Source: Thermoanaerobaculia bacterium (GTDB lineage Bacteria > Acidobacteriota > Thermoanaerobaculia > UBA5066). From it: DNA of 64,000 nucleotides. The notes beneath the pieces were generated by a model. It was not told the DNA's origin. It ran no database searches and saw only the letters and a program-made list of their open reading frames with translations. Shown here piece after piece: positions 43,760 through 53,775 of this stretch. The DNA lies in assembly GCA_963816185.1 (NCBI GenBank), contig CAWFJJ010000001.1, positions 512,001-576,000 of the forward strand. Direction: 5' to 3'. The position numbers and the translations under genes were made by a program. Numbering within the stretch: position 1 is the first letter of the stretch; each line of letters opens with the position of its first letter.

Positions 43760-43998
43760 ACCGCCCGACAGTCGCGGCCCGCGTCCTCGCTTTCGGGCGT
43801 CCCTCGGACACCCACTCCGGCTCCGTCGGGACGGTCCATCGCGACGGCGCCATCACGTTTCGCGGAAAGACCTATCCTACGATCCGGGATGTGCCTCCGG
43901 AATGCGTCGCGTTTCGGGCCGATCTCGAGAGCACCGTGAAGTGGCGTGCCCTTTACCGCGCCGTCGATCCGGCCCTCAGGGTGACGCGCCCGCGCTAG
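43756..43998 (+). CDS. Hypothetical protein (80 aa)
   Basis: GTG overlaps upstream stop, GAGGAG RBS, genome-typical codon usage. Confidence 0.55.
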   Translation: MNRPTVAARVLAFGRPSDTHSGSVGTVHRDGAITFRGKTYPTIRDVPPECVAFRADLESTVKWRALYRAVDPALRVTRPR

Positions 43999-44032
43999 CC
44001 CGGAGCGTGACCACGCGGAAGACGTTTCCTCC

Positions 44033-44650
44033 TCAGAACGTCCGCGTGTAGACGTACGTGAAGCCCGTGACCCGGCACCTCTTGACCGGGGGCTGGAACC
44101 TGACGCCCTGGACCTCTTGCTTGGCCGTTTCCGCACGCTCGGGGGAGCCCGTCTCGTTCGCGACGACGCGCACGGCCTTCACGGCGCCGGTCTTGTCGAT
44201 GTCGGCCTCGACGACGACCTTCCCCTTCGGCCCCTGCGCGCCCGATCCGTCCGACATGCGAACCATCGGAGGAGTGAGGAGGACCTCGCGGCGATCCGGG
44301 AGGCACCCGTCGTCCTTCCGGACGAGATCGTGGCGCACCCACCCGACCTGCGCATTGGCCATCTTCACGCGCAGCCAGCCGTCCTTTTCTTCCAAGAAGG
44401 TAATTCGGTCTCCCTTCTTCAGTCGGCCAAGAGTCGCTGAGGAAGCGGACGGCGCCCCTCTCAGATTCGCTCTCTTTGCGCTGACGAGATAGACCGCCCC
44501 GGACGGTGTCTCGGCCGTTGTCTCCGCTGTTTCCGAGGGCACCTGTTCCGCGGCGGGAGACGGGGGTGGTGTGGAGGCACACCCCCAAAGGCCCGCCACG
44601 AGCGCCACGGCGAGCGTACGAGCGAGGGTCCCGGGCCATGCGTGGCGCAT
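44033..44650 (-). CDS. Lipoprotein with SH3 domain and TonB C-terminal-like domain
   Basis: Lipobox LWGC; ANLRGAPS..GW.RV..GWV (SH3b); G.VVVEADIDKTGAV..V.V..RFQP (TonB_C). Confidence 0.75.
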   Translation of the reverse strand: MRHAWPGTLARTLAVALVAGLWGCASTPPPSPAAEQVPSETAETTAETPSGAVYLVSAKRANLRGAPSASSATLGRLKKGDRITFLEEKDGWLRVKMANAQVGWVRHDLVRKDDGCLPDRREVLLTPPMVRMSDGSGAQGPKGKVVVEADIDKTGAVKAVRVVANETGSPERAETAKQEVQGVRFQPPVKRCRVTGFTYVYTRTF

Positions 44651-44694
44651 CCCAGAGATCCTATCGTGACGCCCCGGCTGTACGATCCCCGGGC

Positions 44695-46071
44695 ATGCCC
44701 AGAACGATCGCGATCCACAAGTTCGGAGGGACGTCGCTGGCCGACGCCTCGCGAATCCTTAACGCCGCACGCCTCCTCGCCGCGGCGAGACGGAAACGCC
44801 CCGTCGTGGCCGTCGCGTCGGCCATGGGAGGCGTGACCGACGTCCTCCTGCAGGCGGCGCGCGACGCCGAACGCGGTCGCATCGGTCTCGCCCGCAAGGC
44901 CGTCGACGCGCTGAACGCGCGGCACACCGCCGCCGCGAAAGAGCTCGGCGTGCGCTTCGAGGCGGGATCCCTGCGCGAGCTTTCAGCCGCGCTCGAAGGC
45001 GTGGCCCTCCTGCGCGAGCGCACGGCCCGCGTCACCGACCTCGTCTCCTCGTTCGGCGAACGCCTCTCGGCGCCGCTTCTCGCGGCCGCGTTGACGAAGG
45101 CCGGTGTTCCGGCGCGCGCCGTAGACGCCCGCGATCTCCTCGTCACGGACGACCGTCACGGCGCCGCCACGTGCGACCGCAAGAGGAGCGACCCGCGCGT
45201 GAGGCGAAAGCTCAGGCCGATCCTCTCGGCCGGCGTCCTGCCCGTCGTGACCGGCTTCATCGCGCGCAGCGCGAAAGGCGAGACGACGACGCTCGGCCGC
45301 TCGGGCTCGGACACGACGGCCGCGCTCCTCGGCGCCGCGCTCCTGGCCCGGGAGGTCGTGATCTGGACGGACGTGGACGGCGTCCTTTCGGCCGATCCCC
45401 GCCTCGTCAAGGGAGCCCGCCTCCTCCCGCGTCTCTCCTACCGCGAGGCGGCTGAGATGACGTACTTCGGGGCGAAGGTCCTGCACTTCCCGGCGGTCCT
45501 CCCCGCGATCGCCGAGGGAATCCCTCTCGTCATCCGCAACTCCCTCCGGCCGCAGATCCGGGGCACGACGATCGCGTCGAAGGGCGACGGAAAGTCCGGA
45601 ATTCGCGCCGTCACGGCGGTTCCGGGGATGTGCCTCATCTCTCTGGACGGGCGCGGGATGACGGGCATCCCGGGCATCGCGGCCCGGGTGTTCTCGGCGA
45701 CGGCCCGGCTCGGCGTCTCGGTCGTCATGTTCTCGCAGGCGTCCTCGGAGCAGAACATCGCGCTCGTGATCCCGGACGGCGACCGCGCGCGCACCGTCTC
45801 GGCGCTCGAGCAGGAATTCCGCTGGGAGCGCCTCACGGGCGCGATCGATTCCGTGAACGCGCGCACACCCATCGCGGTCATCGCGGCGGTCGGCGAGGGG
45901 ATGCGCGGCACGCCCGGAATCGCCGCGAAGGTCTTCGCGGCCGTCGCGCGCGCGAAGGTGAACGTGGAGTCCATCGCGCAGGGCTCGTCGGAGTGCAACA
46001 TCAGCTTCGCCGTGGACGGGAAGGATCGCGACAAGGCCGTGAGGGCTTTGCATCGGGTGGTTACCACTTGA
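44695..46071 (+). CDS. lysC: Aspartate kinase with two ACT domains
   Basis: KFGGTS, SFGERLS, TLGRSGSD, WTDVDG, FGAKVLH. Confidence 0.93.
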   Translation: MPRTIAIHKFGGTSLADASRILNAARLLAAARRKRPVVAVASAMGGVTDVLLQAARDAERGRIGLARKAVDALNARHTAAAKELGVRFEAGSLRELSAALEGVALLRERTARVTDLVSSFGERLSAPLLAAALTKAGVPARAVDARDLLVTDDRHGAATCDRKRSDPRVRRKLRPILSAGVLPVVTGFIARSAKGETTTLGRSGSDTTAALLGAALLAREVVIWTDVDGVLSADPRLVKGARLLPRLSYREAAEMTYFGAKVLHFPAVLPAIAEGIPLVIRNSLRPQIRGTTIASKGDGKSGIRAVTAVPGMCLISLDGRGMTGIPGIAARVFSATARLGVSVVMFSQASSEQNIALVIPDGDRARTVSALEQEFRWERLTGAIDSVNARTPIAVIAAVGEGMRGTPGIAAKVFAAVARAKVNVESIAQGSSECNISFAVDGKDRDKAVRALHRVVTT

Positions 46072-47135
46072 TGCGAGGAGGACGTCGTCCGTCATCGGAG
46101 CCGGCCTCGCCGGGTTCGCCTCCCCTGCCCCCCCTCTCATCCTCTCTAAGAAATCCCTCTTCCTCTTCTTCTTCTTCGATTTCCGTCTTTGCTCCCGCGT
46201 CGGTCGCGAACTTCGGGGTCGGCTTCGACGTCCTCGGCGCCGCGCTGGACGGGCCGGGCGACACGCTCACGGCCCGGCTCACGCGCACGCCGGGCGTGAG
46301 GGTCGTTTCGATCTCGGGCGACGGCGGGCGGCTGCCGCGGGACCCGCGGCTCAACACGGCCGCGGTCTCGGCCGCCGCGGTTCTCGCGAAGCTCGGTGGC
46401 CGTCGCGGAGACGCTGGACGGCCCGGAATCGAGCTCTTCCTCGAGAAGGGGCTGCCGCTCTCGAGCGGCCTCGGCTCCTCGGCCGCCTCGGCCGCCGCCG
46501 GCGCCTACGCCGCCGGCCACCTTCTCGGCGTGAAAGACCGCAAGGAGCTCCTCGGCGCGGCGCTCGAGGGAGAGCGCGCCGCAGACGGCTCGTGGCACGG
46601 CGACAACGTGTTCGCCGCGCTGCTCGGAGGGGTCCTCCTCGTGCCCTCTTCCGATCCCGGCGGCACCCTCGCTCCCATTTCGCTTCGCGTCCCGCGGCGC
46701 ATGCGCATCGTGGTCGTGATTCCCGGCCTGGAGCTGCCCACGCGGCGCGCTCGCGGCGCCCTGCCGCGGACGATTCCGATGGGTGCGCACACGGCGCACG
46801 CCGGCGCGCTCGCGCGCCTCGTCCTCGCGCTCGCGTCGGGAGATCTCGCAACGGCGGGAGCCTGCCTCCTTTCCGACCGCCTCGTGGATCCGAAACGGCT
46901 TCCTCTCATTCGCGGAGGGCGCGCCGCTCTCGACGCGCTCCTGGATGCCGGCGCGTACGGCGCCTGCCTCGCGGGGGCCGGGCCGTCCCTCGTCGGACTC
47001 ACCGAGGAGTCGAAGGACGCGGAAGAGATCGGCCGCGCCGCGGTCGCCGCGTGGAGGCGCTCCGGCGTCGAGGCGCGCGCCCGCGTGCATCGCATCGATC
47101 GGCGCGGCACGAGGCTCGCCGGGATGCGCGCGTGA
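46071..47135 (+). CDS. thrB: Homoserine kinase with a Pro/Ser-rich N-terminal extension
   Basis: PASVANFGVGFDVLG, GLGSSAAS, HGDNV, GAGPS. Confidence 0.92.
   Translation: MRGGRRPSSEPASPGSPPLPPLSSSLRNPSSSSSSSISVFAPASVANFGVGFDVLGAALDGPGDTLTARLTRTPGVRVVSISGDGGRLPRDPRLNTAAVSAAAVLAKLGGRRGDAGRPGIELFLEKGLPLSSGLGSSAASAAAGAYAAGHLLGVKDRKELLGAALEGERAADGSWHGDNVFAALLGGVLLVPSSDPGGTLAPISLRVPRRMRIVVVIPGLELPTRRARGALPRTIPMGAHTAHAGALARLVLALASGDLATAGACLLSDRLVDPKRLPLIRGGRAALDALLDAGAYGACLAGAGPSLVGLTEESKDAEEIGRAAVAAWRRSGVEARARVHRIDRRGTRLAGMRA
46143..46155 (+). repeat. Dispersed motif TCTCTAAGAAATC in the thrB N-terminal extension
   Basis: Core TCTAAGAAATC followed by a (TCT)n tract. Confidence 0.72.
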
Positions 47136-48442
47136 GCGGACTCTCGACGTTCCAGTGCCTCGCGTGCGGCGCGAGCTTTCCGCTCGCCGGATCGCGCACG
47201 GCCTGCGCCACGTGCGGCGGGCTTCTCGACATCATCTCCGACCTCCGCGCCTTCGGGCGAACGGGCGAGGAGTGGCGCGATCTCTTCGACCGGCGGCGCG
47301 CGGCTGCGCCCTCGGAGGCGGCGAGACCCTTCGAAACGAGCGGCGTCTGGCGTTTCCGCGAGCACGTCCTGCCGGATCTCCCGGAGAGCGGCATCGTGAG
47401 CAAGCCTGAGGGCGCGACGCGGCTCTACGCGGCAGGCGCGCTCGGCGAGGAGCTCTCGTTCTCGCGTCTCTTCGTCAAGCACGAAGGCGAGAACCCGACG
47501 CTTTCCTTCAAGGATCGCGGCATGACCGCCGGCGTCTCGTGGGCTCGGACCTCGGGGTTCTCGACGGTCGCGTGCGCCTCGACGGGCGATACCTCCGCGG
47601 CGCTCGCCGCCTACGCCGCCGCCGTGCCCGGCATGCGCGCGGTCGTTCTCCTTCCGGACGCGAAGATCACGGACGAGCAGCTCAGTCAGGCGCTCGCATA
47701 TGGAGCGACGACGCTCGGTCTCGACACGGACTTCGACGGCTGTATGCGCCTCGTCGGCGAGCTGACGACCGCGCGCCCCGTCTTTCTCCTGAACTCGAAG
47801 AACCCGGTGCGCATCGAAGGGCAGAAGACGATCGGGTGGGAAATCGTCCAGGATCTCGGCTGGCGCGTGCCGGACTGGATCGTGGTGCCGGTCGGGAACG
47901 CGGGCAACGTGTCGGCGATCGGAAAGGGACTCAGGGAGTGGCTCGACCTCGGCATCATCACGAAGAGGCCGCGTCTCGCGGGAGTCCAGGCCGCAGCCGC
48001 GGATCCCTTCTTTCAGTCGTACCGGAAGGGCTTCAAAGAGCGCGTCACGCGCGTCGCCGGCGAGACAGCGGCCTCCGCGATCCGTATCGGCGCCCCGGTC
48101 TCACACCCGAGGGCCGAGCGTGAGATCCGCTTCTTCGACGGCATCGTGGAGAGCGTGACGGAGCTCGAGCTCCTCGACGCGTTCGCGCTCGCGAACCGCC
48201 ACGGCCTCGCCATTTGCCCGAACTCGGCCGTAGCGCTCGCCGGCGCTTCCAAGCTGCGCCAGGCGGGCGTCATCCAAGAGGACGACCTCGTCGTCGTCGT
48301 CGCGACCGCTCACGCGCTCAAGTTCTCGGGAACGATGTCCGCGTATCACCGGGGCGGCGGCCGGCTCGCGAACCCGCCGCGCCGCCTTCCGGCGACGCTC
48401 GACGCGATCCTTGCCGCGCTGGACGCGCCGCCCGGGACATGA
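47132..48442 (+). CDS. thrC: Threonine synthase
   Basis: N-terminal CxxC..CxxC, NPTLSFKDRG, ASTGDTS, PVGNAGN. Confidence 0.95.
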   Translation: MSGLSTFQCLACGASFPLAGSRTACATCGGLLDIISDLRAFGRTGEEWRDLFDRRRAAAPSEAARPFETSGVWRFREHVLPDLPESGIVSKPEGATRLYAAGALGEELSFSRLFVKHEGENPTLSFKDRGMTAGVSWARTSGFSTVACASTGDTSAALAAYAAAVPGMRAVVLLPDAKITDEQLSQALAYGATTLGLDTDFDGCMRLVGELTTARPVFLLNSKNPVRIEGQKTIGWEIVQDLGWRVPDWIVVPVGNAGNVSAIGKGLREWLDLGIITKRPRLAGVQAAAADPFFQSYRKGFKERVTRVAGETAASAIRIGAPVSHPRAEREIRFFDGIVESVTELELLDAFALANRHGLAICPNSAVALAGASKLRQAGVIQEDDLVVVVATAHALKFSGTMSAYHRGGGRLANPPRRLPATLDAILAALDAPPGT

Positions 48443-48494
48443 CAGTTGCTAGCGCGCCCTTCTTTGGCGCGTGCGAAGCACGCGGCGCGCTAGC

Positions 48495-49223
48495 CTAACC
48501 GGCCGAAGGGCTCTCGCGCGCGTAGCTGCGGATGAGCATGAGCGTCGTCGTGCCGATCTCGAATTCCGACCGGTTGTCGAGCTCGGAGCGGGTCACACGC
48601 TGATCGTTCACGTAGGTGCCGTTCGTGGAGTTGAGATCCACGACGAAGACGTGCTCGTCCATGACCTCGATCGCCGCGTGCTGGCGCGAGCACTGGATGT
48701 CGGCGACGACGATGTCGGCATTCGCGCGGCCGATCACGGCGCGCGGCTTCTCGATCTCGAAGATCCGCCCGGAGTCGGGCCCCGAGATGCAGGCGAGGGA
48801 GAGGCGCTGATCGGCCGGGAGGCGCAACGGGCGCGTCGCGTGCCGGTTCGCTCCCGGCACGGGCACGCGGTCCGTCGTGCTGGCGGCATCGCCTCCCCCG
48901 ATCGGACCCGTGCCTTCGGCCGAGGCGGGCATCACGCTCGCGGCGGCCGCCTCCGGCACCATGCGCGCGGGGGCGCCGGGAATCCCGGCGGGGGGCTTGC
49001 GCTTCTTGGCCTCGGTGAGCGCCGTCTCGTCGAGCGCGAATTCGTCGCGCGAAGGGGACGCGGAACGACTCGCCGAAGCGGGGAGAGACACCGGGACCGC
49101 CGGATTCCGGATCTCGAACACCGTCGTGCACTTCGTGCACTTGATTTTCTTCACGGCCGCGCCGCCGAAACGCGACTCGTCGTAATGGTAGCGAGCCTGG
49201 CACGACGTGCACTGAATGATCAC
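48495..49223 (-). CDS. Zinc-ribbon (MJ0042-finger-like) plus FHA domain protein
   Basis: CTSC..CTKC; IGR..SRQHA..DLNSTNGT. Confidence 0.88.
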   Translation of the reverse strand: MIIQCTSCQARYHYDESRFGGAAVKKIKCTKCTTVFEIRNPAVPVSLPASASRSASPSRDEFALDETALTEAKKRKPPAGIPGAPARMVPEAAAASVMPASAEGTGPIGGGDAASTTDRVPVPGANRHATRPLRLPADQRLSLACISGPDSGRIFEIEKPRAVIGRANADIVVADIQCSRQHAAIEVMDEHVFVVDLNSTNGTYVNDQRVTRSELDNRSEFEIGTTTLMLIRSYARESPSAG

Positions 49224-49284
49224 GTGACGAGACTCCCGCGCGATCGAACGCTTCGCGTCATTAAAGCGTGTCCCGCCTCACCGA

Positions 49285-50457
49285 TCAAGCCCGTATCGCC
49301 TCGCGGGCGCGCTCCACGGCGCGCGGGACCGCCTCGAGAAGCCGGTCGACGTCCTCTTCGCGCGAGGTCCGCCCGAAGGAGAATCGAAGCGTCGCGCGCG
49401 CGTCGGCCGGGGAAAGGCCGAGAGCGAGGAGGACGTGGCTCGGCGAGGTCGTGCCCGCGTGACAGGCCGAGCCGGCCGAAACGGCGATGCCGTCGAGGTC
49501 GAGAGCCGCGACGAGCGTTTCGGCCTCGGTGCCGGGGAACTGCGCCGACGTCGCGGTGGGAAGGCGGGGGCCGTCGACGACGTTGATCCTGACGTCAGGG
49601 ACGCGGGCGAGAAGTCCGGCTTCGAACCGTCCTCGAAGGCCGGTGAGGCGCGCCGCCTCGGAGAAAAGGTGCGTCGACGCGAGCCGGATCGCGGCTCCGA
49701 GGCCCACGATGGCCGCCACGTTCTCGGTGCCGCCCCGGCGCCCTCGCTCCTGACCGCCGCCGGCGGCGAGCGGCTGCACGCGGACTCCCTTCCGCACGAA
49801 GAGGGCGCCGGCACCCACGGGGCCTCCGAACTTGTGGGCGGTGAGCGAGAGGAGGTCGACACCGAGGGCGCGTACGTTCACCGGGATCTTTCCGATCGCC
49901 TGAACCGCGTCCGTATGGACGACGGCGCCGGCCGCCCGGCCCGCCGCCGCGAACTCGGCGAGCGAGTCGAAGACCGCACCTGTCTCGTTGTTCGCAAGGA
50001 TGGCGGATGCGAGCGCCGTTCGAGGGTCGAGCTCGCGGGACGCGCCGGCCGCGGGGACGCCGTGGGCGTTCACGGAAAGCTCGACGGGCTCGAAGCCGTC
50101 CGACTTGAGCGAGAGCGCCGGCTCCCGAACGGCCGCGTGCTCGGCCGCGGTGAAGGCCACCCTCCGGCGCGACGGATCGGCCTCGCGCGCCGCCCGCGCG
50201 CCTCCGCGCACCGCGAGATTGTCGGCCTCGGTGCCTCCGGACGTGAACACGATTTCGGACGGCTCCGCGCCCAGGACGCGCGCCACCTCGACACGGGCGG
50301 CTTCCACCGCCTCCCGCGCGGCGCGACCGGGGCCGTGAGTGGAGGAAGGGTTCGCCGTCAAGCCCTCCAGCCAGGGCCGCATGACCTCGAGCACCTCGGG
50401 ATCGAGGGGCGTCGTCGCATGGTGGTCGGCGTAGACCTTGTGAGCGTCGGCGTTCAA
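49285..50457 (-). CDS. iscS: Cysteine desulfurase (IscS/NifS type)
   Basis: ATTP, NPSS, FTSGGTEADN, DAVQ, AHKFGGP, SAGSAC. Confidence 0.92.
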   Translation of the reverse strand: MNADAHKVYADHHATTPLDPEVLEVMRPWLEGLTANPSSTHGPGRAAREAVEAARVEVARVLGAEPSEIVFTSGGTEADNLAVRGGARAAREADPSRRRVAFTAAEHAAVREPALSLKSDGFEPVELSVNAHGVPAAGASRELDPRTALASAILANNETGAVFDSLAEFAAAGRAAGAVVHTDAVQAIGKIPVNVRALGVDLLSLTAHKFGGPVGAGALFVRKGVRVQPLAAGGGQERGRRGGTENVAAIVGLGAAIRLASTHLFSEAARLTGLRGRFEAGLLARVPDVRINVVDGPRLPTATSAQFPGTEAETLVAALDLDGIAVSAGSACHAGTTSPSHVLLALGLSPADARATLRFSFGRTSREEDVDRLLEAVPRAVERAREAIRA

Positions 50458-50627
50458 GAAACCGGACCTCCGGACGGCCGATTGTAGGGTCGCGAGGGGC
50501 TGAAGCGCCGAAAGCTCACGGAGCCGTGCGTCCTGGAGGACGTTGAGACCTGGAATCTGTCTTGCGAGCAGATTGCCAGGGAGAGGCTCGCCGGCACAGA
50601 ATCGGAGCCTCGGCGGGAGGTCGAGAC

Positions 50628-53600
50628 ATGCGGTCGGGCAGGTGGTTCCTGGGAGTCGTCGCCCTCGTGGCCGCAGCGCGAGCGGGCGCCGACAACCCGG
50701 CCCCGTCTGCGACCCCTGTCCCCGCGCTGCCGACGCCGCCTCCGCTCGTCGCGGTGAATCCGCCCGCGCCCGTGCCGCAAGCGGCTCGCGGCCCCGAGGC
50801 GCTCAGGCTCTTCGGCCGTCTCGACGACGATCGCTCGGCCGTCTACATCGCGTCGGGTCCGCCGGACGCCCGCGCCACCGTGCGCTGCCCGGACTCGCTC
50901 CGCGCGCTCGAGATCTGGACCTATCTCGAGCACCCCACGCTCGGGAAGAACGCGCGCATCCTCTTCTACCCCGAATCGCCGACGGGCTCGTACCGCTACT
51001 GGACCGTTCTCGAGGGGGAGCCGGTTCTTCTGTCGCCGTCCGCCAAGGGAACCCTGGCGTCGCTCGAAGCGAATCCGGGAGCCTGCGCCGACGCCCTTCT
51101 CGTCGTCTCGACCGTCAAGGACATCTCGCGGCGCCAGGGCGACAACAACGGCGGCCTCGCCGAGCGCGGAGCCCTCGCCGTGCCGCACATCCTTCCCCCT
51201 GCCGGCGCGAAGCCGGAAGCGCCGGCGCCCCAGCTCGTCTCGAACAAGCCGCTCACGGGGAAGGAGCGCAAGAAGCTCACGCAGGACCTGCCCGAGAAGT
51301 ATCGCCAGTTCCTCGAGGACGTCGATCCGATCATCACCGAGGTCGAGCGCGATACGCTGCTCAAGCTCGGCGAGGACTATCAGCGCGAGCATTTCATCGA
51401 CGAGTTCTGGAGGCGCCGCTCGCTTGCGCCGGACGGCATCCGCATCGCGTTCCGCGACATCTATGAGCTGCGGCTCCAGCAGGCGAAGGAGCGCTTTCGG
51501 AACACGAAGACGGACCAGGGCCGCATCTTCCTGGTGAACGGCCCGCCGGACGGCGTCCGCAAGATCGATTGCCAGGACATCTACTGGCCGATCCAGATCT
51601 GGTACTACGAACGGCTCGAGTCGTTGCGCCTCTCGAAGGTCGTCCTCCTCTTCTACCAGCCGCTCGGGGCGGGGGACTACAAACTGTGGACGCCCCTCGA
51701 CGGGCCGCAGGCGGTCGTCGCGGGCGGACTCCCCGGCGCGATAGGCGCCGGCGCCGCGCGACGGGTGGACTTCGACCGCTGCCCGGAAGCGCGGGACGTG
51801 CAAGCCGCCCTCAGTGCGGTCTCGGCCACGTTCGGGACGATGGGCGCGCTCAAGATGGCCGACGACATCCGCCAGGGTCCGAAGCCCGACGTGGAAGGCG
51901 CGGATCACATCCTCCAGATGACGACCGATCTCCAAGCGGGCACGGTGACGCTTCCGGTCCAGCGCGTGTTTCGGTTTCCGGAGGCGATCGGCAGCCGGAT
52001 GCGCATGGAGCTCGCCGTGCTCCTCGAGCGCGACTCGCTGACGAAGAAGCAGATCGGCGAGGAGACGTTCTTCGACATCGACGTCATCGGCGAGGTCGTG
52101 CACGACGGCCGTCTCATCGACAACTTCCGTTACCGGTTCGACTTTCCCGCCTCCACGATCAACGGCCCGTTCGTGCCGCTCACGGTCGAGCGCGACCTGT
52201 ACCCCGGCAACTACCGCCTCAAGGTGAAGGTCGCCGACGCCAACCGCAACGCGGCCGCGCTCATCAGCGAGAAGCTCAAGGTTCCCGACACGCCCGACTC
52301 GACGCTCTCGCCGGAGGAGAAGGCCGCGCGCGAGGCCGCGAAGAAAGCCGTCACCGAGCTCGTCGAGAACAAGGCCGCGAAGGGCTCGCTTTCGCTCATC
52401 CCGATCGCCCGTGAGATCGCGACCGGCCTCATCCGGTTCGAAACGCGCGCCACGTCGAACGACATCGCGTTCACCGAGTTCTACCTGAACAACCAGCGCG
52501 TCGTCACGAAACGAAGGCCCCCCTTCTCGGCGGACCTCGACCTCGGCGAGCTTCCTCGCAAGCACGTCGTCAAGGTGATCGGGTACGCGAAGGACGGAAG
52601 GCCCATCGCACAGGACGAGGTCGTCCTCAACGAGGGCCGGGAGGCCTTCCGCGTGCACATCACGCATCCCGACAAAGGCGCGAAGCTGGAGGGGCCGACG
52701 CGCGTCATCGCCGACGTGGCCGTGCCCGAGACGAAGAAGCTCGCGCAGGTGGAGTTCTACGTGAACGACCGCCGGGCCGCGGTTCTCTACCAGGAACCCT
52801 TTCAGCAGGTCGTGGACGTTCCAAAGAGCAAGGACCTCGGCTTTCTGCGCGCCGTCGCGACGCTCGACGATGGAACCTCGACGGAGGACGTCCGCTATTA
52901 CAACGCGCCGAAATACCTTTCCGAGGAGAACGTCAAGGCCATCGAGCTCTACACGAGCGTCTTCAGCAAGGGGCGTCCGGTCACGGGCCTCGTGAAGGAG
53001 AACTTCGCGGTTCTCGAGGATACCGTGCCGCAGACGGTGGACGCCTTCGAGGTCGTCACGAACCTGCCGCTGTCGCTCGGGATCGGAGTCGATACCTCGG
53101 GCTCGATGGAGGAGTCCATCGTCGAGGCGCAGAAGGCGGCCGTCGAGTTCCTGAAGGACGTCATGACGAAGCGCGATCGCTCGTTCCTCGTCACGTTCGA
53201 CAACGAGCCGCAGCTCGTCTCTCACTTCACGACGGACCGCGACAAGCTCGCGCAGGCCCTCGCGGGGCTTCGCGCCCAGGGCTCGACGGCGCTGTGGGAC
53301 GCGCTCGTGTACGGTCTGTACCAGTACCAGGGCACGAGAGGGCGGAAGGCGTACGTGATCCTGACGGACGGCGAGGATCGCTGCTCGCACTTCACGTACG
53401 AGGCTGCGCTCGACTATGCGAAGAAAACCGGCGTCGCCGTGTACTTCATCGGCCTGAGGATCGGGACGACGCAGCTCGACGTGCGGCACAAGCTGAACCG
53501 TATTGCGAAAGAGACCGGCGGCATGGTCTATTACATCGACTCCGCGCGAAATCTCGCCAAGATCTACGCGGAGATCAACGAAGAGCTCCGCAGCCAGTAC

Positions 53601-53714
53601 CTCCTCTCGTACGTGCCGCAGAACAAGTCCGTTTCGAACCAGTGGCGGAAGATCGAAGTGAAGATGACGCCTTCGAACCTGACCGCCCGGACGATCAGCG
53701 GCTACTACCCCTAG
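50628..53714 (+). CDS. Exported GWxTD-like + Ig-like + VWA domain protein
   Basis: Signal peptide; FIDEFW..R..A.ERF..KTDQGRIFL..GPP; MIDAS DTSGSM..T..TDGED. Confidence 0.8.
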   Translation: MRSGRWFLGVVALVAAARAGADNPAPSATPVPALPTPPPLVAVNPPAPVPQAARGPEALRLFGRLDDDRSAVYIASGPPDARATVRCPDSLRALEIWTYLEHPTLGKNARILFYPESPTGSYRYWTVLEGEPVLLSPSAKGTLASLEANPGACADALLVVSTVKDISRRQGDNNGGLAERGALAVPHILPPAGAKPEAPAPQLVSNKPLTGKERKKLTQDLPEKYRQFLEDVDPIITEVERDTLLKLGEDYQREHFIDEFWRRRSLAPDGIRIAFRDIYELRLQQAKERFRNTKTDQGRIFLVNGPPDGVRKIDCQDIYWPIQIWYYERLESLRLSKVVLLFYQPLGAGDYKLWTPLDGPQAVVAGGLPGAIGAGAARRVDFDRCPEARDVQAALSAVSATFGTMGALKMADDIRQGPKPDVEGADHILQMTTDLQAGTVTLPVQRVFRFPEAIGSRMRMELAVLLERDSLTKKQIGEETFFDIDVIGEVVHDGRLIDNFRYRFDFPASTINGPFVPLTVERDLYPGNYRLKVKVADANRNAAALISEKLKVPDTPDSTLSPEEKAAREAAKKAVTELVENKAAKGSLSLIPIAREIATGLIRFETRATSNDIAFTEFYLNNQRVVTKRRPPFSADLDLGELPRKHVVKVIGYAKDGRPIAQDEVVLNEGREAFRVHITHPDKGAKLEGPTRVIADVAVPETKKLAQVEFYVNDRRAAVLYQEPFQQVVDVPKSKDLGFLRAVATLDDGTSTEDVRYYNAPKYLSEENVKAIELYTSVFSKGRPVTGLVKENFAVLEDTVPQTVDAFEVVTNLPLSLGIGVDTSGSMEESIVEAQKAAVEFLKDVMTKRDRSFLVTFDNEPQLVSHFTTDRDKLAQALAGLRAQGSTALWDALVYGLYQYQGTRGRKAYVILTDGEDRCSHFTYEAALDYAKKTGVAVYFIGLRIGTTQLDVRHKLNRIAKETGGMVYYIDSARNLAKIYAEINEELRSQYLLSYVPQNKSVSNQWRKIEVKMTPSNLTARTISGYYP

Positions 53715-53721
53715 GGGGGTG

Positions 53722-53745
53722 CGGGGGGACCTGAAGGTCCCCCCG
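53722..53745. repeat. GC-rich 10-bp hairpin CGGGGGGACC-TGAA-GGTCCCCCCG (REP-like or terminator-like)
   Basis: Perfect inverted repeat right after the stop of the GWxTD gene; no U-tract. Confidence 0.6.
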
Positions 53746-53775
53746 TGGATCCTTCGAAGGTTATCCTTCCGATCC

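Noticed and set aside
44389-44401. Weak dispersed-motif variant CTTCCAAGAAGGT
   Set aside because: Too many mismatches, and it can be explained by coding sequence.
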